A model generated the notes under the pieces. The model worked only from the letters and a program-made list of their open reading frames with translations, made no database searches and was not told the DNA's origin. DNA of 64,000 nucleotides, taken from the IMG/VR virus record IMGVR_UViG_3300028832_002790, positions 1-64,000 of that record. One strand, given 5' to 3'. This document shows positions 16,411 through 27,600 of the stretch, one piece after another (the first letter of the stretch is position 1; each line of letters starts with the position of its first letter). The DNA comes from a virus (Duplodnaviria > Caudoviricetes). Made by a program: the position numbers and the translations under genes.

Positions 16411-19400
16411 CTATACGGGGAAATCAACCTTTTTAACCATTTTATTGTCGGAAACGAAGTCGAGATTGTTGAACTGCGAACGAATGAATCTTCCTATTTC
16501 ATCCAGCTTTGAATTCTGATCGTCGCAGCGCAGCTGGAACCCTATCGTATAGGTGTTATTGTAGAAATCCATAAACGGACCGATCAAGGTGTATCCACCG
16601 ACGGAGAACCTGTTCTCGTACCATTCCGGTATTTCGTCGTCCTCGCCGAACACTAGAGCGTCCGGGTCTATGTCCTCCAACATAAACGTGTCCTTCTTGT
16701 CCTTGTCCTTTATGACACGGAAGTCGCTGTTGAAGTCGATCGTGTTCATCTGGTCGATGACATACCCGTAATGCTTTATCTTCGGCCAGTTGTCCTTGAT
16801 TTCGTCGTCCTCCGAATCGTCGATTGTAGCGTTTAGATAATCGTCGTATGTCACGAGGAAAACGGTGTCTATCCTGTCCTTGTCGGGGAAATGCCAGCAC
16901 CCGGCGCAACGAACCTTTATGTCCTTGTCCTTGAACACCCTGCCGTCCATGAACTTTCCGACGGAATAATCTATGATCCTAAGGCAGCCGCTGTTGTCCA
17001 TTATATTGAATCCGCGATCCTTCGTTTCCTTGTCGTAGACCAGCTTGTAGAATATGAGCCTGTCTACGCACTGTAGCACCAAAACGTCAAAATAGATGTT
17101 TATGGAGTATACCTCGTTGTCCTTGAGCTTCAGACAGGTCAACGACTCGCTTAGTTTGGACATTCCGCCGTCGTTTCTGCGTATATAGACATCGCCGGTG
17201 GCATATCTCTTCTTATTGATTTCGCTGGCGTATTCGCTCGGTTGATCATAGTCCTTCAATATGCCATACGAATACCCGTAGATGTCGGAAGTCCACTCCT
17301 TGATGAACTGCGTGTTCTTGTATGTCTTTCTAACTGCGGCGATCGGAAGCTGCTTCGTGAAGTGCTGGTCGTACCTGTCGGAAATCCACTCCAGATCGGT
17401 CGGACCCGTCCATGGATCGCTGAGGTCGCCGTTTCTCATTATACCGAGATTGTTCAGGTTTCTGGCCTCGATCGTCGTCTGATACGACATAAACTGCTGG
17501 TTGCGATTCGACCCCTTGATGTATCCGGCGTTCTGGCCGTTCACCATAGCCGATTTCATCCACATCGGATCATATTGCTCGATCACGATGTTCTTGTTGT
17601 TCTCCGTCAGAGACAGGCCATTGTCCTGCGCGTACACGGTCATATCCGTGGTCGTATCGCCGTCGTCCGCCGATGTCCGGTTTTCGACGTCCACCTTCAT
17701 TCTGACGTTCTTGCCTATGGCCACCGTCGCGCCTAGTTCCTGCGGGATGACATATCCGCCTACATCTTCCTTCCTATAGAAATTGTCCACCACCGGAGCC
17801 ACCGCAACGGTCGGGAAGTGCCTGCTTGACAGGTTCGCCCATTCGCGGTTCGCGTCGACGAACTTCTCAAGCTTTACATCCCTGTATTCTCCGCCGGTCG
17901 GTGCGACGCCATCGGAAATGTCCTGAACCCTTTCCTCCCAAGTAAATCCGCCATTCGCCCAATAGTTGACCGTCACGTCTTCGCCGTCAATCATGGCGCG
18001 CAACACCATATCGGACGATTCGTCCGTCGGTGCCGCCACCATCTCTATGAAGTTCGGTTTTGACAGCTCGGCGCTGAGATTATGCACCTTGGTCGCGTCT
18101 ATGTTCAACTTGCACCAGCGACGGTCGATGGACGGCTTCATCATCTCGATTGGCTGGTCCCATTTTATCGGCCTGCTCGTTTCGTATGTAATGGGGGCAA
18201 ACGCGCTTAGTTCTACCTTGGACAGCGGAGGCTGCATGATCGGAACATAGTCTTCGACGAATCTGAGGCTTCCGCCCCACTTGTTTATCGCCTTGCCGTG
18301 CGTGATGTAGTCGTCGATGTTGGATCCGACAACCCACACCGGACGAGCGCCGTGGGCCTCCCCAGACGTCTTGTATCCGCTCGGTATGTCCTGACGCGGC
18401 GTATTCTTGAGATAATCCCAGCCGGAAAGCGGAACATTCAACGGGAATCCTATCGTCTCGGCAGTAACCGTATATGTATCGACCGACGCCGATGTCATAT
18501 GCACCGTGTACGGAGGTTCAAACTTTATGTTGAATATTCCTGTCGCACCGGAAACCTTGTGGTATGTATCTTCTATGATAAGCGTGCCGTTCTCTATCTT
18601 GCGGTTGGAATATCCGACGGCCGTGATTGGCAGAGTTCCTTCGTTCACCGACATCAAATACACGGGCTCGGCGACCGACAGCATTCTCGTTACAAGATCT
18701 CCAGACTTAATTTTACGGTAATCAATCGTCCATTCAACAAGATCCAGCTGTCCTCTAACCGGGAAATCGGCAGATCCAAACGGAGCGAACTTCGGCCATA
18801 TGGCCGTCACTATCGAAGTGCTGACGGGAACTACATTGTATTCGCAGAACGGAAGCCAGTCCTCGTCACGATACGGCTCTATTTCGTGCTCCTCGTCCCA
18901 CTCGTGGAACGTTTCGTTTCCGGTAATGCACCACCACTCGGTGTCGATGTGATCGTAGACGATGGTGTCGTCGCTCCTGATGATCATCTCGGACGCCTCG
19001 GTGGTTGCATTCCAGTTTCCGTCCGAATCCATTACGGCCTTCATCCATCTTGGTGCCGTGTGTTCAAGCACCTTGTCGGATTGCTTGTGCGTTATGATGA
19101 TGGAGGGGACGGTTCCGTCCATGATATCTGAATCGGAATGGCCCATAGCGCTGCGGAAATACTTGTACTGAACGCCCTTCTTGAGTATGAACTTGTCTGG
19201 ATTGGTGCCGAATGCTCCGCACTGCCAGTGCCCTTTGCCCCATCCTATGTCCGGCTCGACCTGATCTGTTCCGGTAAGCTGATACCAAGCGAAATCAGAC
19301 GAATTCTGATAATTCTTGTATCCGCCCAACGCCGTCTTGTCCAGACCGAACCAAGTGTTCTTGTCGAACGGAAGAGGATATGTAGTATCGGCGAATATGC

Positions 19401-21606
19401 AGTCGGCATATCCAAGATAATCATCGAACTTCTTTCCGGGGTGTCCCATCGGAGAATAGCGAATCGCCCCGCATGTGCATTTCTTCCACTCCTTGAATGT
19501 TATTCCGTCCTTTTCCTCCGTTGTGTTATCTGGATTTCTTTCAAAGAGCGAAAACTTCTTTTCGTTCAAATATGGACAATCCGAACGATGTTCTATATGG
19601 AATACCACATCGTCCATCGGTGTGTCTTCGTCCAGCCATATGAATGTAAAATATCCGTTCGGATGGCACTGTCCGTATCGCCCGACTTGGAAGCATCCTG
19701 TCGCTCCGTCCGTCCACGATGTAGACGCCCAGTCCATATCCTCGGGTATCGCCGAAAGGTTGGTGAACGGAACGCCACTCAAGAAGGCGCATTCTATCGG
19801 GCTTCCATCCGGCCCGTCGAGCTTGTAGATGATATCGGAGTCGAACAAGCCATATCCGGCTCTCGATCCGAAGATCTTGCGCCAGACTCCACCGCTTATG
19901 CAAACATCCTCGCAGCCGCCCTTTACGACATCTGACATTCCGTCCACCGTCGTGTTCTGATACGGCCAAGCGATATAATTTCTTCCCGGAATGACGGGTA
20001 CGTCCGTCTGGCTTACCCTATACAAAAACGCCTCGTCTATCTTTCCGGTATATACACCGTTTGGATTGTAGTCGTGAGGATCCTGACCTTCCCTTATGGA
20101 AATCCTGTCCGCCTCGAAGTAGCTGCTGCCCGCGTGCGCTCCGCAATCGATGAGTGTCGTCTGGCTAAGCGCCACGGGACGGCATTCGTATTCCGGCTTT
20201 GTGGTCCAATACGCCGACATGATGGCTCTCTGCTCCTCGGGAAGAAGAGTATAAAGAATCTGATTGCTGTTGTCTATGCCGGGGCCAGACCACTCGATCG
20301 CCTCGCCAGAAAGGCCGTAATCGCAATACGGAAACTTGAACGAGAACGGACGGTTCGCATAGATGTTGCAAACCATCGTTTCCGGCGTGTACTGGTCGGT
20401 CGTGTCCTTGAGCCACGCGCCCTCCACGTTTGTTCCGTAGGAAATGAATATCTTGTCGGCGTTGATGTACGAGCTGGCACCGATAGCGCCGTCGTTCGTA
20501 AGAAGGGTCGTTGCCGAAAGAGGAAGCGGGGCTATCTTCGTTGCGATTCTCTCGAAATCGCCTTCGCCCGACGGAAAGCTTATCCAGTTGTTTCCGGCCT
20601 CCATATCAAACGACAGATCTATGTACTTGTTGACATAGTATCCGCCGGAAATGGCATACTGGTCTTCGCCGAGATATTTCTTCGTCAGCTCCTTCTGATA
20701 GTATTCGATCGTGTTGGTCTTGTCGAAGTCGATATACGCCGAAACAGGGAGATCGGCCACATCCTCCTTGGAGGCCAACGACAGCACAATTTTATTATAA
20801 AGCGCCTCTATTGTGTCGGACGACTCGTCGGCCACCTCGGAAAATGGATTGTCGCCGACAACGGACGCAAATCCGTTGCCTAGCAACCAGTTCACCTCGT
20901 CCTTGTCGTATCCTTGGGCGGCATAATACGCCAGAGCCTCGTCCGTCGGGGTGCCATAATAGTCAACGGCGTCGATGTCCGGCGTCTTGTCCATATAGTC
21001 CGTGTCGTCGTACAGCTCCTCGATTTTGACCTCAAGGGTCGTGTTGAGCGGCTTCAGTTCGGGCAGAAGATTGTAGAAATCTGGGTCGTTGATCTTGATG
21101 TACTTCCCGTGCTTGGTAAAGGCTCTGAGAAGGTAGTCGTGCAGCATTCTCTCGACCGCTGTATAGGTGCCGACCAAATTGTACTTCAGCTTGGCTCTCT
21201 TTATGGCCTCTCTCTTGTGCTGATAGTAGATCATGATGTCGCGCAGCTTTCTGGCGCAGTGAGGGATGATTTCCTCGACATTCAAATAGTTCTCAAGATC
21301 GTAATCGTCGTTGAAAAGCTTCTTTTCCTCGTCGGTAAAGAACATAGACAGCGACCTGATGAAGCCTATGTAGTCGGCCTTTATCTTGGTCGCTATGCCG
21401 CTTTGCTCCGTCTTCTTGGCGTTCCAGCTCTTGACATAGTTGTTATATTCTTCGTATTCGAACCCCTTCTTTATGGCCCGGCTTCGATACAACCACTGCT
21501 TGAAAGTAAACGGGCGGTCGTTGTCTTCGACTACAACCGACCCCGTTGAGTACTTTCCTACGACTGTATTTGTCGTGATTGGCGAGAATATCTGGTTCTT
21601 TACCAT
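16411..21606 (-). CDS. Large virion structural (tail/baseplate) protein, 1731 aa
   Basis: TATAAATA at 21616-21623; beta-rich with internal repeats; within the structural cluster. Confidence 0.65.
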   Translation of the reverse strand: MVKNQIFSPITTNTVVGKYSTGSVVVEDNDRPFTFKQWLYRSRAIKKGFEYEEYNNYVKSWNAKKTEQSGIATKIKADYIGFIRSLSMFFTDEEKKLFNDDYDLENYLNVEEIIPHCARKLRDIMIYYQHKREAIKRAKLKYNLVGTYTAVERMLHDYLLRAFTKHGKYIKINDPDFYNLLPELKPLNTTLEVKIEELYDDTDYMDKTPDIDAVDYYGTPTDEALAYYAAQGYDKDEVNWLLGNGFASVVGDNPFSEVADESSDTIEALYNKIVLSLASKEDVADLPVSAYIDFDKTNTIEYYQKELTKKYLGEDQYAISGGYYVNKYIDLSFDMEAGNNWISFPSGEGDFERIATKIAPLPLSATTLLTNDGAIGASSYINADKIFISYGTNVEGAWLKDTTDQYTPETMVCNIYANRPFSFKFPYCDYGLSGEAIEWSGPGIDNSNQILYTLLPEEQRAIMSAYWTTKPEYECRPVALSQTTLIDCGAHAGSSYFEADRISIREGQDPHDYNPNGVYTGKIDEAFLYRVSQTDVPVIPGRNYIAWPYQNTTVDGMSDVVKGGCEDVCISGGVWRKIFGSRAGYGLFDSDIIYKLDGPDGSPIECAFLSGVPFTNLSAIPEDMDWASTSWTDGATGCFQVGRYGQCHPNGYFTFIWLDEDTPMDDVVFHIEHRSDCPYLNEKKFSLFERNPDNTTEEKDGITFKEWKKCTCGAIRYSPMGHPGKKFDDYLGYADCIFADTTYPLPFDKNTWFGLDKTALGGYKNYQNSSDFAWYQLTGTDQVEPDIGWGKGHWQCGAFGTNPDKFILKKGVQYKYFRSAMGHSDSDIMDGTVPSIIITHKQSDKVLEHTAPRWMKAVMDSDGNWNATTEASEMIIRSDDTIVYDHIDTEWWCITGNETFHEWDEEHEIEPYRDEDWLPFCEYNVVPVSTSIVTAIWPKFAPFGSADFPVRGQLDLVEWTIDYRKIKSGDLVTRMLSVAEPVYLMSVNEGTLPITAVGYSNRKIENGTLIIEDTYHKVSGATGIFNIKFEPPYTVHMTSASVDTYTVTAETIGFPLNVPLSGWDYLKNTPRQDIPSGYKTSGEAHGARPVWVVGSNIDDYITHGKAINKWGGSLRFVEDYVPIMQPPLSKVELSAFAPITYETSRPIKWDQPIEMMKPSIDRRWCKLNIDATKVHNLSAELSKPNFIEMVAAPTDESSDMVLRAMIDGEDVTVNYWANGGFTWEERVQDISDGVAPTGGEYRDVKLEKFVDANREWANLSSRHFPTVAVAPVVDNFYRKEDVGGYVIPQELGATVAIGKNVRMKVDVENRTSADDGDTTTDMTVYAQDNGLSLTENNKNIVIEQYDPMWMKSAMVNGQNAGYIKGSNRNQQFMSYQTTIEARNLNNLGIMRNGDLSDPWTGPTDLEWISDRYDQHFTKQLPIAAVRKTYKNTQFIKEWTSDIYGYSYGILKDYDQPSEYASEINKKRYATGDVYIRRNDGGMSKLSESLTCLKLKDNEVYSINIYFDVLVLQCVDRLIFYKLVYDKETKDRGFNIMDNSGCLRIIDYSVGKFMDGRVFKDKDIKVRCAGCWHFPDKDRIDTVFLVTYDDYLNATIDDSEDDEIKDNWPKIKHYGYVIDQMNTIDFNSDFRVIKDKDKKDTFMLEDIDPDALVFGEDDEIPEWYENRFSVGGYTLIGPFMDFYNNTYTIGFQLRCDDQNSKLDEIGRFIRSQFNNLDFVSDNKMVKKVDFPV

Positions 21607-21615
21607 AACTAGTAA

Positions 21616-21623
21616 TATTTATA
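21616..21623 (-). promoter_or_regulatory. T4-type late promoter TATAAATA
   Basis: Perfect consensus 9 nt upstream of the ATG. Confidence 0.75.
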
Positions 21624-21648
21624 CGACAAAATACCGGTTTCGGGTGAC

Positions 21649-24600
21649 TTAAATCGACTGCAAAATCAGCTCAAGCAGGTCATACATCTGCTTCAATGAA
21701 CGATTTATGACATCTACCGTCACCAATTCGTTGATTCCCACGAAAATACGCTCCTTATGGATGGCATCCAGTATCTTCTGATACTCGGATTGGTCCAAAT
21801 CGGATATTCTTTCCTCTTCGTTCTCCGAATCTAGCTCGACGATCTTTCCAAATATGCACCTAGCGTACATTACGATGTTGTCATAAATTCTCTGGAAAGC
21901 CGTATTGATTACGGCATCCTGAACGTTCTCGTTCTTGTTCAAACGATATTCCTCCGACGTCCACAGCAGCTTATCGGCGTTTTCCGTCACACCAAGCTCG
22001 CGGAGAACCAAGGAATCGTTGTATCTGAGAATGTTCTTCTCCGTCGAAATATAGACATCGAAGTTGCTGTTTGCATAGATGGCCCGATATGTCAGATTAT
22101 TATTTTCTGCGAATCTGGCCACGAACTTTCCGTCATAGCTGTACTTCGCCACCCAATGCTCGTACAGGATGTACAGGAACCCCGACTGGTATTGCGGACG
22201 GATCATCAGAGGAATTTTTATTTCGTCCTCCAACTTGAAGATGTTCTTCAGTTCTCCGTCTCTTGTAAACGTGTACACCAGCTTCTGCGTCAGAACATGG
22301 ATCTGATTCTTGAAATCAGAACAGATGCCGATGATGTTATCCTCGATCTCGCTCAAGTTTATGGTGCTTACCCACTGTCCCTTGATGGAGAATCGCTTCA
22401 CCGCCTTGTTGCCGGTGTCGCACACCCAGATGTCGTCAACCCCGTCGTCCGTGGTCGAAATGCACATATCGGTCGGATAGTTGAACTTGTTGTTCGCCGT
22501 CAACCCGCCGTATCCTCCGATTTCTCCGTAGTAGGAGATGTTCATCGCCTGCTTGCGTCTGGAGAACTTGTACGAGTTGAATATGTACAGCTTGTTCGTC
22601 TTTCTGCATAGCATATAGAGAAGATCGGTGTTCTCCGAATATTCTATCCTGTCTATGCTCTCGATGAACTCGTTGATCTTGTGCGGCATGATTCTTCCGA
22701 GCTCGGCCCCGTACTTCGCCGTGTTCGATATGACTATATCGGAGCCGACGCTGGCATACAGGTTGTTCTCCCCATCCGTACACATATCCTTGCAATTCTT
22801 CAAGATCGTGTTCTCGTCGTCTATGGAATCGTTCTCATTTGTCTTTCTGTAGATTTCCAAGTCGCCGTTCGGGACGTATCCGTACTGCCGTTGGCGCACA
22901 CCGTCCAAAACGGTTTCGAAGTCGCCGTAGTATCCGCCATAAGTGGTCGGAGGCTTCAAGTAGAACTTCGTCTGGTACTTAAGATACTTCAGATCCTCCA
23001 TTATCTTCTCGAAACGAAGATTCAGGTTGTCGGCGGTAAGCCACTCGTTGGGTGCGAACAGGATGTCGTTCAACCCATAAGGATATTTCAGAACATATCC
23101 GTCGAGAACTCTCGTAACCCTCTCGTCATATGTCGTTCTGATCAATATCGTCAGCTTCGGTGCGTCGATGGACTTTATTCTGGTAAGCCCCTCGTCGTTT
23201 CTCTTCCACTCCGTGGAAAGATCGGCGTAGACGGCGGAATCATACTCGCCAGCGTCGGAGAAGGATGTTTCGAACCTTTTCTCCGATTCATTCGCCGGTA
23301 TCTCCCAGTTCAACCCGAGATCGAACACGGATACCGTAAACTTATCGTAATATCCTTGAGTAAACGGATCCCGAATGGTGTTGTCCGTGTTGTTCACCAG
23401 CACGATGTCGTCATCGATGCTTACTATGTCTTTCTTGTATGTGACATAGATCGGCGTAAGGCAGTTTATCGGATGGATGGAGTCGGATATCGTGTCCTCG
23501 CCCTCCTTGTAGTCGTGATAGTATACCTTCCTTACCACGTCGCCTACCGTTATGGTCATACCGAAATTCGGCTGCCCGACGAAATCGAGCTGATATCCGA
23601 CCTCGCCGTATGTCATCGTTCCGATCTCCGCATCGTCTTCTTCGCAGGTGACCTTCATGAATGCAGCGGTGTCGAAAACGGATTTCATATACTTGTCGCC
23701 GGTATCCCACACAACGTTGTCATTGTGTTTGCAGCACACTCTCCAATCGGTAATGACGCTTGTGAGCTCTATGCTATTGTGGCCGTCGCTTATTATCCTT
23801 TCGTCGTTGGCTAACGTATAATACGGCTGTACCCCGAAATTCTTATAGCGATTTACGATATAAAAATCTTGATTTGCGGTCAACTCCCCCGGAATCGTCT
23901 TTATATCGTTCTTGAATATCGGGACTTCAAAGTCCTTGAACCCGATGTCGAACCCGCCATTCGCCTCATAATACGACTCTACCAGAGTGTATGTTTCGCC
24001 GGACGGTATGAACGGAATGGTTTCGAGCATATAATACATATTAGGTATGTCGGACGACTTTCCGTCATCGGACGCCTTTTGTATGAAAACGTGGATGCGC
24101 CTGTTGTCTACGCCGCTTTCCACCCTTCCGTACATATTGTCGTATGATATCTGGACGGGAGTGGTGTCGGTCGTGATGTCGACAGGCGTTCCGTTGATGG
24201 AACCGAATATAATCGTATACTTGCCGTTGATTATGTTTTCGCCCTTGTAATAAAGCTGGCACCAGTTGTCGCCCAACGCAACGGGGATGTCGTAGATTTG
24301 CATCAAACTGTCGGCGTAGTTGCCCGAGAACGAATATATCTCGTCGTCGTGAACGTCGGCCGACCCGACGGATACGTACAATCCCTGCGCCCCTCCCTGC
24401 GGAATTCTATACTGAACATCGGCCCAGAACTCGATGGCTTCGTCGTTTGCCATTTTGAAATAGAAATCGCTTTCCTTTTTCGTGATGACATAGCACCCGT
24501 GCCTTCTGGTGAAGTTGACATATTTTCCGCTTTGTCCGCCGAGCTCTATGCGAAAATGCTCGTTTTCGGACTCGACATAATACATTCTGTCGCTTGTGAT

Positions 24601-27600
24601 TGTTGGAGCGGCGTAAGCGCTGGATCGATCTTCGTACTGGTCGATATCCCACACTCTAAACGTGTTTTGATACACGCCGCTCTCGTCCTCGTGGTTTACG
24701 GCCCACTCGGAAATCGTCGCGTCGTCTCCGTTTATGACGCACGAGAACAGATTCTCGTACATCGGCTTGCCGGACAACAGCGTGGTAACGCCATCGTCGC
24801 ACATCGAGACGTATACTCTTCCGTATTCCTCCTCGTCCAAATCTCGACGCCATTTGTCGTCTCTGTTCGATTTTGCGAAATAATGGTAGTTTCTTTTAAG
24901 AAACGTCGCTCCGCTGTTCCTCGAAGGCGTAGAGAAATTTTCGTCGTAATTGTTTGGATATGGAAGATGCCTTGTTATCGCCGTGTCCGAGTTGGCCATC
25001 GGGTCGAATATGGTAAGCGATTCGCCCTTCGAATCTATGGCCGCATACCCGAGGACGACACGATATCCCGTGTCGTCGACGAACATTCCTTCGCCGTCGA
25101 CATACAGGGAAAATCTAACCTTTATCCTGTAATAGTTCTTTTCGAAGTCGTCGAAAAGATACTGCATGACGGTGCTCATGTCGGCATCCGTCGGATTGCC
25201 GTATTCTCCGTTTCCTCTCTTCAGGCTTTCTGTTATGTCCCTGATGTTTATGTCATCCCAGTTCTCGCCGAATTCATCGGTGGCCTTGACGTCCAATATC
25301 TTGAGCTTTATAGATGGATCGACATCGTTCGACGTCTTGTCTATGTATAGATACCAGACGCTTTTGGCTCCTTCCCCAAGCGTCATTTTTAGACTGTCGG
25401 CCACTTGTTGGCCGACCATGCTAACGAGTTTGGTATATTCATCCCCCGTCAGCTTTCCATATAGCTCGCACTCATACGATATCTCGTCGGCTATCGTATA
25501 TTCCGTGCGCTCCTCTCCGTATTCCAGCTCTATTGTGGTCGAAATCGGCTTTGCGCTGCTGTAGTTTTTCGTGTTTATGTCGGCGAAGATTCCGGTTGTT
25601 CCGTAGCTAAACATATAGCCGTTTATTGATAATCTAGGTGCCTGCCCCTCTGGTGCTATGACGTGGCTAAAGAAATCGTCCAGTTTTGCTTTATTACCGG
25701 CCGTTTCATATGCCGTTTTTCCTACCATTGTTTCGAACAGCTGCTCGGCGTATATGCAGTTAAATGCCCCCTCTGTGGTGTTCGATCCCTCTATTATGAT
25801 TTCGTCTAGGTGCCCGCCGTCGGTATTCATGACCCACAGACACTTGAAACCCGTTCTTTCGTCGGTTGCTGGTACTATGTCATACCCGCCAGTAGAAGGA
25901 TTAGAATATACGCCCGATACTTCTGACGTATTCAGCGTTTTTATGTCGATTCTTCCTATTTTGATATGTTCGTATATGTCTTGATTGTTTATGACGCTAT
26001 GCCAAAACACCTGATACGACGTTTGGTTGTCGCTGGTTAAAACTTCCGACTCCCTGAATTCGGATATCTTTAATTCCTTGATTTCGTTCAGGTTCCTGAC
26101 CCGATGCTTTATCCGACCGTCCGGGGCGGTCCCGCCAGAATTCTTGATGCAATATTGAACATAACCTTCGTTTGTTATATTACCCGGTGTAAAGCTTTTC
26201 AGCACCGGTGTATTCCCTTCGTTGTCTATGACGGATAATATGTATTCCGGTGGCGTTTGCTCCGATTGCGTTGGCAACTGCAAACCATACAGTTCTCCGC
26301 TATTGAACAATTTCGTGGTTACGGACGAATCGGAATCGGATATCAAGTCGATGTTGTCCATAAACGAAAGTATATTGCCGTTTATTTGAAAATTGTTTGA
26401 TTTTTCTATGAGGGGCCACTCCGGCACCGACAGCGCCGATACCGAATTGACACGAACTTTATAATCCTGCTGGCTTTCCTCCCCCTCGTTTACGGTAACA
26501 TAATCCCTGTTTTCAAAAATGTTGTAATTGGAAAACGACAAATCTCCTCCTATTTCGATCAATTCTGCCGGTGTAGCCGATTGCGGCGTGGCGTCGGCGG
26601 CAAACGATATCTTTGCGTTTGGAGGTATCACGCATTTTCCTATATATGTTACTCTATCGGAATATCCTAGTTCCGCGTCATTGTTCCCGGAAGGATAATA
26701 TTCGTAATTGAATCGATTGCTGGGTATGAAGCTGTTCAGTTCTTGTGTTTGCGTTATGGCAAAATTTCCGCCTACGCTTTCCCTTGCGCTGAGTCCGGCT
26801 TTTTCCTTTATGTAATATGAACTGTCTTCATAATCATAAAACGTAGAAAGCCCGGCCGGTCGATCCTTGTATGTGGATGTCATTCCATTCATCATGAAAA
26901 GACATTTTTTAACAGATATCGCTCCAAAAGTTGCTGCTGGGATGCCGGTCGCCGGAACAACATAATCACTGGCGTTACACAACCCACCACTTAAAATTTT
27001 TATACACTCTGTGGTATCGACGGTTTTTGTGGTTAGCATTTTAACCAGCGGCTTTAAAGCGTTCACGCTGTTCATTCCTGCTACCGTGAAATATCTATCG
27101 TTGTCGGCTGTATAATTTAGACGATATTCACACGACGATGGATCTTTTGAATAATTCCAATAAGAACATATCACTTGCCAACCGCGTTTTCCGTCTGCGT
27201 TATGATATTGATACGCCAATCTACAATGATCATTTCTAAACGTATCATACAGACAAAAAGATAGCTCACAGCCGGACAAGTCAAAATAACAATTTGTCGT
27301 AGCATCTCCGTTGCCCGTTTTTATTTTCCATATCGGCGGGGACATATCCGAACCTTGTATTGTGGTTTTATTTGCATAGATAAATGCATTATCCAACGCT
27401 CTGGCGCTTACAGCTGCCGACCAGTTTGTCATAGTCGGCGTATAATACGCGCTGGCTAGATAGTGCGGCTCGTCGGCAAACGAACCGCTGCGAATAAGAC
27501 CAGATACGGCAGAAAGATAACCGTTTGTCGACGGCGAAAGATCGCAATACAGAGAAGTATAAACAGACCTGTTTCTATATCCATACTGCCCAACACATGT

